A stretch of DNA of 64,000 bases from a virus, in the IMG/VR virus record IMGVR_UViG_3300010413_002638, positions 1 through 64,000 of that record. One strand, 5' to 3'. Below the pieces are notes generated by a model that was given only the letters and a program-made list of their open reading frames with translations, was not told the DNA's origin and made no database searches. Made by a program: the position numbers and the translations under genes. This document shows positions 10,440 to 20,910 of this stretch, one piece after another; the stretch's first letter is position 1; every line of letters begins with the position of its first letter.

Positions 10440-11125
10440 GTTATCCTGAATTCTGCGGGCGGAAATCGTCTGGAAAAAGGACAATTCGGCAGCTTTGGAT
10501 AACCGTATCGCTGCCAGGCTTCGGCTTCTGTTTGTCTACTGCCGGTATAGTATTTTCGTGAACGGGCATAATAATGGATAATTGGCGAACTCAAAACAAC
10601 CGCTGTCTTCCAATTATTCTCATACAATCTCGAAAATAGCCAATCATCGCCACCAAACGTCACCAGCTCGTCCGGAATAAGTGAGAAAGTTTCTTTCCGC
10701 AAACTAAAATCCCAACCTTGCACGACCGGCTCCGGAAGCACTTCGTACCACAATGGTATCGTCTTTGTGAAATCTGGGTGATTGGTGCTATGGATCACGC
10801 AACCTACTGTTGGCTCAGCCTCAAAAACAGCAACAGTGTCTGCCACAAAATTCGGTGGTACCCATAGATCATTGTTCAAGAAACCGAGATATTTATCATC
10901 GGTCGTTAAATAATGTTGATTCCAGATTCTATTCAGGCCGATATGCTGGTCGTTTTGTACAAATTCGAATTGGTTATTCAAGCCAGCAAAGTATTCTTTT
11001 GTACCAGGTTCTATAGAGGCTTGATCGTAAATAGTCGCACGATATGGTGCTGTTTGATTTTTCAAACAGTCTACCAGCTGGCGTGTATAGTCGAGACCGT
11101 TGATATTCACGATAACGATATGCAT
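10436..11125 (-). CDS. Glycosyltransferase family 2
   Basis: IVIVNIN, IYDQAS, GFLNND and FGGDDW motifs. Start overlaps the upstream stop (TAATG). Confidence 0.8.
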   Translation of the reverse strand: MHIVIVNINGLDYTRQLVDCLKNQTAPYRATIYDQASIEPGTKEYFAGLNNQFEFVQNDQHIGLNRIWNQHYLTTDDKYLGFLNNDLWVPPNFVADTVAVFEAEPTVGCVIHSTNHPDFTKTIPLWYEVLPEPVVQGWDFSLRKETFSLIPDELVTFGGDDWLFSRLYENNWKTAVVLSSPIIHYYARSRKYYTGSRQTEAEAWQRYGYPKLPNCPFSRRFPPAEFRIT

Positions 11126-11712
11126 TACAATTTCACCCACAACCAAGATGGTTCTCTATCCAGTTGTGTGATATACCAGGTGTTGATATTATGTGCTCGC
11201 GTATAAGTATCAACGGCCAACGTCACGCCGCCCTGATAGTACCAACAATAATCATGTCCAGCGACGATACCACCGCGACGCACTTTAGGAACCCAATGCA
11301 ATATATCCATCATCACTGGGTCAAATTCATGCATAGCATCGATATAGACAAAATCCAAAGAATTGTCTGGAATATCATAAGAAGCTTCTATGCTTCTCTT
11401 GCGGATGATAGTAGTCTTGTAATGAGAGAGCTTCTCTTTGGCAACCTGATATATGCCCTCCATCGATTCAGCACTGTGTTTTCTGTATGGAGTCCAAGGA
11501 TCGATACAGAACAATTCGAGTTCGGGATTTTTAGCACAAAGTAACTGAGAATAATGGCCGTATCTTACGCCGATCTCAGCACCTTTCTTATATCCCAATT
11601 CCGCAAAAAGCTCAGCCAAAGCCTCTCTGGTTGCTGTTTTCCCGGTATGCGGAAGATTATCGTCCCTGTGGACTTGGAACTTGCGGAAAATCGCTCTATC
11701 GATAGAGTTCAT
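11125..11712 (-). CDS. Class I SAM methyltransferase (Methyltransf_24-like)
   Basis: GAEIGV.YG, CIDPW, LDFVYIDAMH and GGIVAGHDY motifs. Confidence 0.85.
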   Translation of the reverse strand: MNSIDRAIFRKFQVHRDDNLPHTGKTATREALAELFAELGYKKGAEIGVRYGHYSQLLCAKNPELELFCIDPWTPYRKHSAESMEGIYQVAKEKLSHYKTTIIRKRSIEASYDIPDNSLDFVYIDAMHEFDPVMMDILHWVPKVRRGGIVAGHDYCWYYQGGVTLAVDTYTRAHNINTWYITQLDREPSWLWVKL

Positions 11713-11724
11713 TGTTGCTTCCTG

Positions 11725-12390
11725 TTACCCGTGTATTCTAGCCCACAATTCTGGTGCAGGACCCCAATGTGGTAAAGTGTCTGCAATTATATCTGACTCC
11801 AGCACCCTTCGCATGCCACCAGTGCTTTGCCGGTGATTAAATGTAAGCGTCGGCGGATCTGTCTCATAGACGACCAATTTTGGTTGTGGAAGACCCAATT
11901 GTTTTTCCTTTCTGCCGGGCTCCCCCCAGCCGCCGCATTCTTCCCGAGATAAGAAGTGTGGGAATTTAGCATACTTTTGGCACAATGTTTGCACCAACAA
12001 TTCTGTAGGTGCGATACACATACACATACTAGCTCGTCGCCGCAGAAAGTATCTGTCTCGATTGACCTGATAACGATGCGTGTTGTAACCGAAGGCATCC
12101 AGAGGTGGGCGAAATCTGAAATGTTCGGGAGTATACAGGCTATCGTCTTCTGCACAGCCAATATACGGAGTATCAACCAAAAAAGCTCCCATCAAGATCT
12201 GTTTGTAGATGTTATAGGTTCCGGGCACCAGTCCTTTGGCATGAATGTTATGCCCGAAATCTATCGGTTGATGGGAAATGCTGATTATCGGTGCACCATC
12301 AATTGAATCAATAATATTTTGTCTAACGTTTTGGGCAAAATGATCGCTGATTCGATTGGCGGTGTAATATAGAATTGTAATGTCATTCAT
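11725..12390 (-). CDS. Putative GT-A fold glycosyltransferase
   Basis: ITILYYT and CAEDDSLY motifs. Homologous to the C-terminal domain of 6595..8748. Confidence 0.65.
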   Translation of the reverse strand: MNDITILYYTANRISDHFAQNVRQNIIDSIDGAPIISISHQPIDFGHNIHAKGLVPGTYNIYKQILMGAFLVDTPYIGCAEDDSLYTPEHFRFRPPLDAFGYNTHRYQVNRDRYFLRRRASMCMCIAPTELLVQTLCQKYAKFPHFLSREECGGWGEPGRKEKQLGLPQPKLVVYETDPPTLTFNHRQSTGGMRRVLESDIIADTLPHWGPAPELWARIHG

Positions 12391-13315
12391 AGGGATATGG
12401 ATGCTTTGTCTCGTATTCGATTTTCTCTTCGCGCCAATTTTCCGGCCATCCAGGAACTGGCCAAAAATGATCGATGAACCATTCCATCTTCCTAGTTTGG
12501 CCGGGCCACTTGTTATTCATCCAGTACCAGGTGGAACGAGTTTGTGTCTCACGCATCTGCCGTATTGATAATCTATATCCGCGACGGTTCTCTCGTTTAT
12601 GCCAATGAGCGTACCAAGTATGCTTGTTGCGAATGAGTTTGCCGCCAGAAAGCCACGTCTTGAAACCTAACTCTTGGGCTTCTTGGTGAATATTGGTGAA
12701 TTGATAATCCATCCCACCAATATTGTAGAAATGCTCTCGGTGCATGAACCAACAAGATCCTTGCCAGGTTTGGATCTCATCAATAAGAATATCTTTCCTT
12801 TTGCGTTCCATCCAATAATATTCGCTGGGTCGCAAACTTTTGCCATTTCCGTGTTCCCCTAGCCATTTCTTCCCGTGCAGACCATCACCAAATTGGTTGT
12901 CTGGAAGATAGGGATATGTGACGAAGAGATACTCGATGGGTCCATAATTCCGTGACCATTCTTCAGCGTTAAGGCTCCAGCGACTAGGAACGCAAAGCCA
13001 ATTTGGTTCGCACCGTCCTTCTTTCTGGAGATCTTCGTCGAAGCCCTCTGCGAACATGCAATGGGCATCGGTTTTCATCAAGTATTTGCCGGTGGCGATA
13101 GCGGCTGCTGAATTAATAGCGTGCCGCATACCCATAGCTTCGGAACGGTGGATGATAGTAAGATTAGGGCGATCTTGTAAAATAGGGTCGCACCAATATC
13201 CATCTAGTACGACTATTACTTCAATTTCACCAGTGGCTTTATTAAAGAGGTCATCGACGGTCTTTGTCAGCCATTCCTCGTTACGTGATGGGACGATGAT
13301 CGAAACTTTAGCCAT
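12383..13315 (-). CDS. Glycosyltransferase family 2 (DAHC type)
   Basis: VSIIVPSRNE, VVLDG, KTDAHC, EAQELGFKTWLSGG and AHWH motifs. Confidence 0.85.
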   Translation of the reverse strand: MAKVSIIVPSRNEEWLTKTVDDLFNKATGEIEVIVVLDGYWCDPILQDRPNLTIIHRSEAMGMRHAINSAAAIATGKYLMKTDAHCMFAEGFDEDLQKEGRCEPNWLCVPSRWSLNAEEWSRNYGPIEYLFVTYPYLPDNQFGDGLHGKKWLGEHGNGKSLRPSEYYWMERKRKDILIDEIQTWQGSCWFMHREHFYNIGGMDYQFTNIHQEAQELGFKTWLSGGKLIRNKHTWYAHWHKRENRRGYRLSIRQMRETQTRSTWYWMNNKWPGQTRKMEWFIDHFWPVPGWPENWREEKIEYETKHPYPYE

Positions 13316-16300
13316 TGACAATAATTCCTCCGAACACTCTGGTCATAATATGGCCACCTCTGCCTTTATATAGTACCACTGGAAACGCCGACAACGGTGA
13401 TATAGATGGCGAAACCGATGGCGAAACCGAAGGCGAGACGCTGGCACTCGGACTCAGAGAGGCCGAAGGAGATACGGACGGCGATTCCGACGGACTAATC
13501 GAAGCCGATGGCGAAACACTCGGCGAAGCACTCGGAGAAATACTCGCTGAGGGTGACAGAGACGGGCTGGCACTGGGGCTCTCACTAGGGCTGGCACTAG
13601 GGCTGTACGAAGGGCTCTCGGAGGGACTCGCACTTGGGCTTTCACTCGGGCTAGCACTCGGGCTAGCCGACGGGCTCCAAGATGGGCTAATACTCGGGCT
13701 CTCACTAGGGCTAACACTCGGCGAAGCACTCGCACTAGGGCTAACGGACGGACTTACAGACGGGCTCGCAGACGGGCTTCGGGATGGGCTGACACTCGGG
13801 CTTGCAGAAGGGCTCAAACTAGCAGAAGGACTCAGCGAAGGACTCGCTGAAGGCGAACGACTAGGACTAGCCGAAGGCGAAACACTGGGACTAACCGAGG
13901 GGCTCAAACTAGCTGACGGGCTCAGCGACGGACTGGCAGAAGGACTTCGGCTGGGACTAGCTGAAGGACTAGCGGAGGGACTTCGTGAAGGACTAACACT
14001 GGCACTAGGACTGAGCGAAGGGCTAGCCGAAGGACTTCTGGACGGGCTTCTGGACGGACTGATACTCGGGCTTGCAGAAGGACTCAAACTAGCCGACGGA
14101 CTCAACGATGGGCTCGCCGAAGGGCTCCGCGAAGGGCTCGCCGAAGGACTCCGCGAAGGACTGACAGAAGGGCTCACTGATGGACTAGCCGAAGGACTTC
14201 GAGAAGCTGACGGTGATAAACTCGGACTAGCACTAGGACTAACCGACGGACTAACACTAGCCGAAGGACTAAAACCAACCGATGGACTGACTGAGGGAGA
14301 CACCGAAGGCGAAGCAGAAGCCGAAGGACTAACACTCGGACTCGCCGATGGTGAAAGACTCGCAGAAGGACTCAACGACGGACTCGCCGAAGGGCTTCTA
14401 GATGGGCTCGCCGACGGGCTAATACTCGGACTCGCCGATGGTGAAAGACTCGCAGAAGGACTCAAGCTGGGACTAGCCGAAGGACTCCGCGAAGGACTCA
14501 CCGAAGGACTAACCGATGGTGATCGGCTGGGACTAGCACTGGGGCTAATACTTGGACTAACTGATGGAGAAAGGCTAGGACTAGCTGATGGCGAGAGGCT
14601 TGCCGATGGGCTTAAACTTGGGCTAGCGCTAGGGCTGGCACTAGGGCTCAGGCTAGGACTAGCCGAAGGACTCAAACTGGCACTCGGACTCAGCGATGGC
14701 GATGCTGAAGGGCTCACTGATGGCGAAGCCGAGGGGCTAACCGAAGGGCTGAGCGAGGCACTTCCAGGGATCGATGGGCTAACTGATGGGCTTTCTGACG
14801 GACTCGCTGATGGTGATTCGCTCGGGCTCGCAGAAGGACTCACTGATGGTGATGCACTCGGGCTTGCCGAGGGGCTAGCCGATGGTGAAATTATACCGCC
14901 AGCACCAATAGCAAGCAGCCAACCCTTATATGCCGTACTATCCGCCGCCCCATATGATAAAGTAAATCCATCAACATTAAAGCTAGACGTTGTAGCATAA
15001 GTCAGATCATTGCCTGTTGCCTCATCCCTGATGTCAATAACGCGCTCATTGCTTTCACTGTCAGTCTCAGTAGGATCAGCACCATCAACATCACGAATTC
15101 CAATAGCTGAATCTTGAATATTATCGGTAGCACCGATACCGAGAGTAAGGCCATCTGTGACAGTATCGGTTGAAGTGGCCGAGCATGCTGCACACATCAC
15201 CAAGGCTGGTGTGGAACCAAGACTACTATAATCCTTGGGTCCGGTGGCAGTTTCTGTGGTCAATGTCTCCAGATTAAACTGGCCGCCACCAAGATTTAGT
15301 GTTAAATAATAAGTATAATCACCACCGGAACCTCCGTCTCTAGTTGTTAACGTAAAACCATTTGTAGCAAACGCGGTTAATTCGCCAGTCCATACAATAG
15401 CGTCGTTGAGCATATCGCCACAACAACTGTCAGTCTCCACACGCTCGTTTGATACAGTAGCCAGAGCAGCATCGACACTCGACCACATCAATTGGCGTTG
15501 TGTCCTACTGCCATCATTTACAGCAACGCCGAACGTGCCAGTTTGCTGGCTGACAACAGGACCAGCGGAGGTATAACCGTTGCAGATAAAAAAGACGACA
15601 TCAGGCTCATAAGACAATGTCGTTACTGATGATGAGCTATTTTGTACAGTGTTAGCTTGTATGTAACCAACATTAGCCGATAAATCTGATCCGCCTATCA
15701 GAATGACAGTTGCTATACGAGCTGGAGGACTACCAGTAGTTGTTGTGGTAATCCTAATTCCGTCCGTAATATTAGCAATAGTATAGGTCGTACTGCCAGA
15801 ATCTAACCCATGCCCGACGACCGTAATATTCTGAGTGCGATACGTGTTAGTTGTGGCTAAACCACTGTCTGCACCAGACGCCATACAATGCTGATTAGTG
15901 CCATCCCAAAAACCAATCGACACCAACGAGCCAGCTACTGGATTGGCAGCACCAGATGCATGGCTGATTAAAATAATCGCAGCCTTAGGAGTCCCAAAAT
16001 CCGTCCGCGTAAAATCGGCAGTTCCGGAATTACTGGCAGATAATGCATCGCGGACTACGGCAAATCGAACATCAACGACAGGCAGCGTACTTGGGCTTGC
16101 CGAAGGACTAGCCGACGGAGACAAACTTGCACTCGGGCTCAACGATGGACTAGCCGACGGTGAAGCTGATGGACTTTCGCTCGGGCTTACCGATGGGCTA
16201 GCCGAGGGAGATAGACTTGCACTCGGGCTCAATGATGGACTAGCACTAGGGCTTTCGCTCGGACTTATGCTTGGGCTTGCCGATGGACTTCCGCTAGGAC

Positions 16301-19300
16301 TCTCCGATGGGCTAAGCGAAGGAGACAAGCTCGCACTTGGGCTAAGCGATGGGCTAGCACTGGGGCTTTCGCTAGGGCTCGCTGACGGACTGGCGCTTGG
16401 GCTTAGTGAAGCGCTGCCGGGTATCGAAGGACTAACCGAGGGACTTTCTGAAGGACTAGCGCTCGGACTCTCCGACGGACTTACCGAAGGTGAAAGGCTT
16501 GGGCTTTCTGACGGACTCGCCGAAGGTGATAGACTCGGGCTTTCACTCGGACTCGCCGATGGGCTAAGACTGGCACTCGGGCTCAGCGATGGTGAAGCGG
16601 ATGGGCTCTCGCTTGGGCTTGCTGATGGACTAACAGAAGGCGACAAACTTGGGCTTGGTTCGCCAAAATCCCAGTTCGTATTTCCGCCGCCATCCGTGTT
16701 CGTGCCGCCATAAGCAACACTGCGAGAATCAATAGTGTTGCCGAACGAAGCATCCGAATTAGTAATGGTCGTATAAGTAGCCGAACCTGTCCCACCACAG
16801 GCAACTTCCGCATAAGTGAAAGTGCACCCATTACCAAATCCGGAACTGCCAGAGATCGTAAAGTTACCAGTCGTCGTAATACGACCAGGTGTTACAGCAC
16901 TGGCAGTTATAGCCGTGCCAATACCCATAGCGAACGTGGTAGCATTAATATCAAACGTATCAAGATTTATAGTGCCACTAGAAGCTGCAACCGAAACAGT
17001 GGTACCACGCATATTACCAGTAAAGGTGGTGGTACTAGTAAGAGGAGAATTAAAAACAACAATGCCTAAGCTTATGAATCCACCCGAACCGACACCAAGG
17101 GCATCGATGTTACTATCACTGCCAATAAACGAAACTGTATTGGCTGCATTATCGAAATTGAGAAGGCCAGCTGATTCAGAAAGTGTGAAATCGCCTGCAA
17201 ATTCTACATCAGCGTTGACATCAATTGTATAAGTTTGTGAAGTATTATCAGCATCAAACTCAATATCACCAGTAAACCGGGTAGCCTGATTAATCGTAAA
17301 CGTCTTACCAGCACCACCTTCATGGTGGCAATAAATCAAACCCGTAGCTGCGAGGGTTACTGGATTCGCAGTACCCGTTATGGTAATATCTTGCTTAAGT
17401 TGGATATCGGCAGCAGAAATTGCGCCGCCACTTGTCACCGACAGTGTACAGCCACGCAAATAAATCGCGGCATTCGGTAGTTCTATTAGTCCAGCGGCAC
17501 CTATTGTCAGAGTACCGCCCTGCGATAAGAAAGCACCACTGCCGTACGTCGTGTTTCCAGAAAACGCACCATTGATCGTGTTCGCAACGCCGTTCGTAAA
17601 GATGAAGAGCGACGTGCCATTGAGCACAAAAGTGGCACCAGGGTCCAACGTGAAGTTATGCAAAACTTCAACGCGCTCACCACCAGTCTGCGTAATATCG
17701 CCACTGATCGTCAGATCATAAAAATCAGTGTCGAATCGCGGGAAGATATTACCAGTGCCAGTGAACTCGACGTGCGACGTGCCCCACGTCCAATTGGTGC
17801 TAGTAAAGCCGTTACTATTCCATGATCCGGCAACGTTGATCTTCGCGTCGCCAAGATCAATTGCGCCACTGGCACCCTGGAATAAGACATTACCAGCGAC
17901 ATTATACGTCTCGGTAGTATCGCCGAAATCGATAACTCCGGCATTAGTTGTTTCGACAGTAAGACTGTCAGTAGTATATCCGCCAGTGAAAGTGAGGGTG
18001 CCAGCGCTCTTGTCAATGCTGATATCTTCGACGGTCAAATCAAATAGATCGACGTTTTGGCTGTTAGCACCTTCGAAATAGATGGTGCCACTACCCTTGG
18101 TCCACGCTATAGTGCCAAGAGTTTGTGAAAGCGTGAGATCGCCGTTGAAGATAAGATCAGCTGTACCGGTACTAACAGTATAAGATCCACCAGAAACGTT
18201 CGCGTCAAACGAAACATTACCAGTAAATGTTGATGTGCCAGTAAACGCGCAAGTATACGGTGTTCCGCTTTGTGCAGTGAAGCTCCAATTTCCACCAAAA
18301 ATGCCACCAGCAACAGTCGCTTCTCGATAAGCATTATATCCATGATTCCAGGTGCCACCAGCCGTATTATCATATGTCGCATTAAAGCCATAGCTCTGAC
18401 CGGTATGACTCAGCACACCAGTCGCGGTCAAAGCCAATGTACCACCAGTTTCCATATTGAAACTGGAAGTGCCAGTCACCGTGCCAGCAATATTTGCATT
18501 TCCATTAACACGCAAAGAAAGAGATATCGTAAAAATCTTGCTGACGTTTACAGTTATGTTATTGCAATATCCGACTGTTACCCCAGTAAGAATTGTATCA
18601 CCAGCAATAATGAGATTACCAAGGCGTTTGGTAGTAGTGGTAGTGATGGTTTTACTTGCCCCGCTCATGGTCAACGACCACAGCGTGCTCGTTGTCCACG
18701 TCGTCTGGTCTTTATTATCGAAGTTACCACCAACAGTGAAACTAGCGTTACCACAATCAACGGTTCCTACACCATCAAATATAGCATCATTCGTTATATC
18801 GACCGTATAGCCACTATCAGCGAAATCTAGCACACCATCATAAGTTGCTAGAACCGTCAACGACTTCATCGCCGCATTCGTATTGAGCGTGCAATTCGCA
18901 GTCGTATAGCTCCCATCAAAATAAACGTCATCATCTGCTGTCGGGACACCAGCATTGAAACCGCCAGTACCGCCACTCGTCGCGGCCCAGTTCGTATCCG
19001 TGTTCCAGCTACCATCCGTATCACCAACCCAATAACGATCACCACTAGGTGGCGTGGAGGGGCTGGCAGATGGTGAGGCGGAAGGGCTTAGCGAGGCTGA
19101 TGGACTCAACGAGGGACTAGCTGAAGGTGATACACTCGGACTCTCCGATGGCGAAGCCGACGGACTCAGCGAAGCGCTCTCCGCAGCTGACGGGCTAGCA
19201 CTCGGGCTCTCCGATGGACTAACCGACGGACTCAAACTAGCTGATGGACTAAGCGATGGCGACTCACTCGGACTGGCACTTGGACTCGCCGACGGACTCG

Positions 19301-20600
19301 CAGAAGGACTCGCCGAAGGCGAAAGACTGGCACTTGGACTCAGCGATGGACTCTCGCTGGGACTCGCTGAAGGACTAAGACTAGCCGATGGGCTCAGCGA
19401 CGGACTCTCGGAAGGCGAAACACTCGGGCTAGCTGATGGACTCTCGCTGGGACTAGCACTCGGACTAAGACTGGCACTCGGACTAAGCGACGGACTCTCA
19501 GAAGGACTAGCACTTGGGCTCAGTGATGGGCTTAAACTCGCTGATGGGCTCAACGACGGACTAGCACTCGGACTAGCACTTGGGCTCTCTGATGGGCTTA
19601 CCGAAGGGCTAGCACTCGGACTAAGACTAGCGCTCGGGCTCAGCGATGGACTCTCTGAAGGACTCGCTGAAGGACTCTCTGAAGGACTCGCCGAAGGGCT
19701 AAGCGACGGGCTCTCGGACGGCGAAGCACTCGGACTCAAACTAGCCGAAGGACTGAGGCTAGGACTCTCACTCGGGCTCGCCGACGGCGACAAACTAGCA
19801 CTCGGACTAAGACTAGGGCTCTCACTCGGGCTTGCCGAAGGGCTCTCAGATGGACTAGCTGACGGACTCTCCGAAGGGCTTGCCGAAGGGCTCTCGGAAG
19901 GACTCGCCGAAGGACTCAACGACGCACTAGGACTAAGCGAAGGACTCTCCGAAGGGCTCGCCGAAGGACTCTCGGACGGACTCGCCGAAGGACTAGCAGA
20001 TGGACTCTGCGAAGGACTAGCCGAAGGACTCCGCGAAGGACTAGCAGATGGGCTCAACGACGCACTCTCATGCGCCGGAGTCGTCAAATTCGGGTAACTG
20101 ATACTGGTGGTAACACTCGTAGTACCAATCTGCAACACACGAAAGCGAAACAACTGACCGTCAGTAACAGTGCCAGTAGCCTGAATACAAAGGTCGAATT
20201 CATTATTCTTGTTTTTATCGACAGTGGACGAAAAAGTCCCACTCTCAAGATACTGACCTTGGTTGTCACAAGTAGACAACAAATAAGGACCAGCCGGAGA
20301 AGGAGGACTATCACCTCCCTCTGTAGCCAAACCATTATGCCAATTCCATTCAGCACCAGAACCAAGAGTTACCCAATTATTATCATTCTTATCATATTGG
20401 ACAGTCCACGCACCGCTACCGTTAGCACCACCAGTCTCCGTCATAGCCATTCGCAAACGAAGAACATGACTAATATTAGTCATGGTAAACGTCGCTTGCT
20501 CACCGGCAAAGGCATCCGTTGGGTCAACTGGCTCAACGTTGGCGTTTAATTCGCCAAACCACTGCCAGTTGGTCATAGATGGGGTAAATGTACTAGCCAT
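13308..20600 (-). CDS. Giant (2430 aa) Ser/Pro-repeat fibre- or adhesin-like protein
   Basis: Three SPSX repeat tracts separate beta-rich domains. One is a beta-helix-like passenger region running from RYWVG...W....NW to DGGGNTNWDF. Confidence 0.8.
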   Translation of the reverse strand: MASTFTPSMTNWQWFGELNANVEPVDPTDAFAGEQATFTMTNISHVLRLRMAMTETGGANGSGAWTVQYDKNDNNWVTLGSGAEWNWHNGLATEGGDSPPSPAGPYLLSTCDNQGQYLESGTFSSTVDKNKNNEFDLCIQATGTVTDGQLFRFRVLQIGTTSVTTSISYPNLTTPAHESASLSPSASPSRSPSASPSQSPSASPSASPSESPSASPSESPSLSPSASLSPSASPSESPSASPSESPSASPSESPSASPSESPSLSPSASLSPSASPSESPSLSPSASLSPSASPSESPSLSPSASPSESPSASPSESPSLSPSASLSPSASPSVSPSESPSASPSASPSLSPSASLSPSLSPSASPSESPSLSPSASLSPSASPSESPSASPSVSPSESPSLSPSASLSPSASPSESPSLSPSASLSPSASPSASPSASPSASPSESPSLSPSASLSPSVSPSESPSASPSAAESASLSPSASPSESPSVSPSASPSLSPSASLSPSASPSASPSTPPSGDRYWVGDTDGSWNTDTNWAATSGGTGGFNAGVPTADDDVYFDGSYTTANCTLNTNAAMKSLTVLATYDGVLDFADSGYTVDITNDAIFDGVGTVDCGNASFTVGGNFDNKDQTTWTTSTLWSLTMSGASKTITTTTTKRLGNLIIAGDTILTGVTVGYCNNITVNVSKIFTISLSLRVNGNANIAGTVTGTSSFNMETGGTLALTATGVLSHTGQSYGFNATYDNTAGGTWNHGYNAYREATVAGGIFGGNWSFTAQSGTPYTCAFTGTSTFTGNVSFDANVSGGSYTVSTGTADLIFNGDLTLSQTLGTIAWTKGSGTIYFEGANSQNVDLFDLTVEDISIDKSAGTLTFTGGYTTDSLTVETTNAGVIDFGDTTETYNVAGNVLFQGASGAIDLGDAKINVAGSWNSNGFTSTNWTWGTSHVEFTGTGNIFPRFDTDFYDLTISGDITQTGGERVEVLHNFTLDPGATFVLNGTSLFIFTNGVANTINGAFSGNTTYGSGAFLSQGGTLTIGAAGLIELPNAAIYLRGCTLSVTSGGAISAADIQLKQDITITGTANPVTLAATGLIYCHHEGGAGKTFTINQATRFTGDIEFDADNTSQTYTIDVNADVEFAGDFTLSESAGLLNFDNAANTVSFIGSDSNIDALGVGSGGFISLGIVVFNSPLTSTTTFTGNMRGTTVSVAASSGTINLDTFDINATTFAMGIGTAITASAVTPGRITTTGNFTISGSSGFGNGCTFTYAEVACGGTGSATYTTITNSDASFGNTIDSRSVAYGGTNTDGGGNTNWDFGEPSPSLSPSVSPSASPSESPSASPSLSPSASLSPSASPSESPSLSPSASPSESPSLSPSVSPSESPSASPSESPSVSPSIPGSASLSPSASPSASPSESPSASPSLSPSASLSPSLSPSESPSGSPSASPSISPSESPSASPSLSPSASLSPSASPSVSPSESPSASPSASPSLSPSASLSPSASPSASPSTLPVVDVRFAVVRDALSASNSGTADFTRTDFGTPKAAIILISHASGAANPVAGSLVSIGFWDGTNQHCMASGADSGLATTNTYRTQNITVVGHGLDSGSTTYTIANITDGIRITTTTTGSPPARIATVILIGGSDLSANVGYIQANTVQNSSSSVTTLSYEPDVVFFICNGYTSAGPVVSQQTGTFGVAVNDGSRTQRQLMWSSVDAALATVSNERVETDSCCGDMLNDAIVWTGELTAFATNGFTLTTRDGGSGGDYTYYLTLNLGGGQFNLETLTTETATGPKDYSSLGSTPALVMCAACSATSTDTVTDGLTLGIGATDNIQDSAIGIRDVDGADPTETDSESNERVIDIRDEATGNDLTYATTSSFNVDGFTLSYGAADSTAYKGWLLAIGAGGIISPSASPSASPSASPSVSPSASPSESPSASPSESPSVSPSIPGSASLSPSVSPSASPSVSPSASPSLSPSASLSPSASPSLSPSASPSASPSLSPSASLSPSASPSLSPSVSPSISPSASPSRSPSVSPSVSPSRSPSASPSLSPSASLSPSASPSISPSASPSRSPSASPSLSPSASLSPSASPSVSPSASASPSVSPSVSPSVGFSPSASVSPSVSPSASPSLSPSASRSPSASPSVSPSVSPSRSPSASPSRSPSASPSLSPSASLSPSASPSISPSRSPSRSPSASPSLSPSASVSPSRSPSASPSASPSRSPSASPSLSPSASLSPSVSPSVSPSASPSRSPSASPSLSPSASLSPSASPSVSPSRSPSASPSVSPSVSPSASASPSVSPSESPSISPSWSPSASPSASPSESPSASPSESPSYSPSASPSESPSASPSLSPSASISPSASPSVSPSASISPSESPSVSPSASLSPSASVSPSVSPSVSPSISPLSAFPVVLYKGRGGHIMTRVFGGIIVNG
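13395..14888 (-). repeat. SPSX coding repeat tract 3 (about 500 aa; X = A/V/L/R/I/E)
   Basis: 12-nt degenerate units with varied synonymous codons. Confidence 0.95.
16090..16659 (-). repeat. SPSX coding repeat tract 2 (about 190 aa)
   Basis: Direct reading of the ORF. Confidence 0.95.
19056..20067 (-). repeat. SPSX coding repeat tract 1 (about 340 aa; X mostly A/E/L)
   Basis: Direct reading of the ORF. Confidence 0.95.
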
Positions 20601-20637
20601 TAATCACCCAGTATTCAATTAACCAAAGACACCAAGA

Positions 20638-20910
20638 CTATTCTTGTGTCCGCATCGTGCAGTCTTCGGGAAGTTCCGACACATTCAAAATAGGCCACAT
20701 CACGCAGCTCACCGGTTTGTTCGGTCCATGCAATTTGCATCTCATCACCGGCACACCATCCCACGTCTCTGCAATCAAGTTCTCAGCAGCACACTCCGGG
20801 CGTGCCTCAATACAGCACTTGCCACACTTATTGCACTCGCCAACCGGAACGCCGTTGACTGATTTTATTTGCCAACTTTCAGTATCAATTTCGAATTGCA
20901 CAACCGCCAT
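20638..20910 (-). CDS. YkgJ/CxxCxxCC-type cysteine cluster protein
   Basis: CNKCGKCC...C...RCKLH...KPVSCVMWP motif. Confidence 0.65.
   Translation of the reverse strand: MAVVQFEIDTESWQIKSVNGVPVGECNKCGKCCIEARPECAAENLIAETWDGVPVMRCKLHGPNKPVSCVMWPILNVSELPEDCTMRTQE

Noticed and set aside
13395-20067. Repeat tracts as a CRISPR array or diversity-generating retroelement
   Set aside because: The units are degenerate 12-nt coding repeats without spacers. No cas or reverse transcriptase gene is present in the window.
13315-20097. Long + strand ORFs (561, 271 and 347 aa; GLAE/GLSD repeats) antisense to the giant gene
   Set aside because: They are shadow frames of the SPSX repeats, which lack stops on the reverse strand. 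They largely coincide with the repeat tracts.
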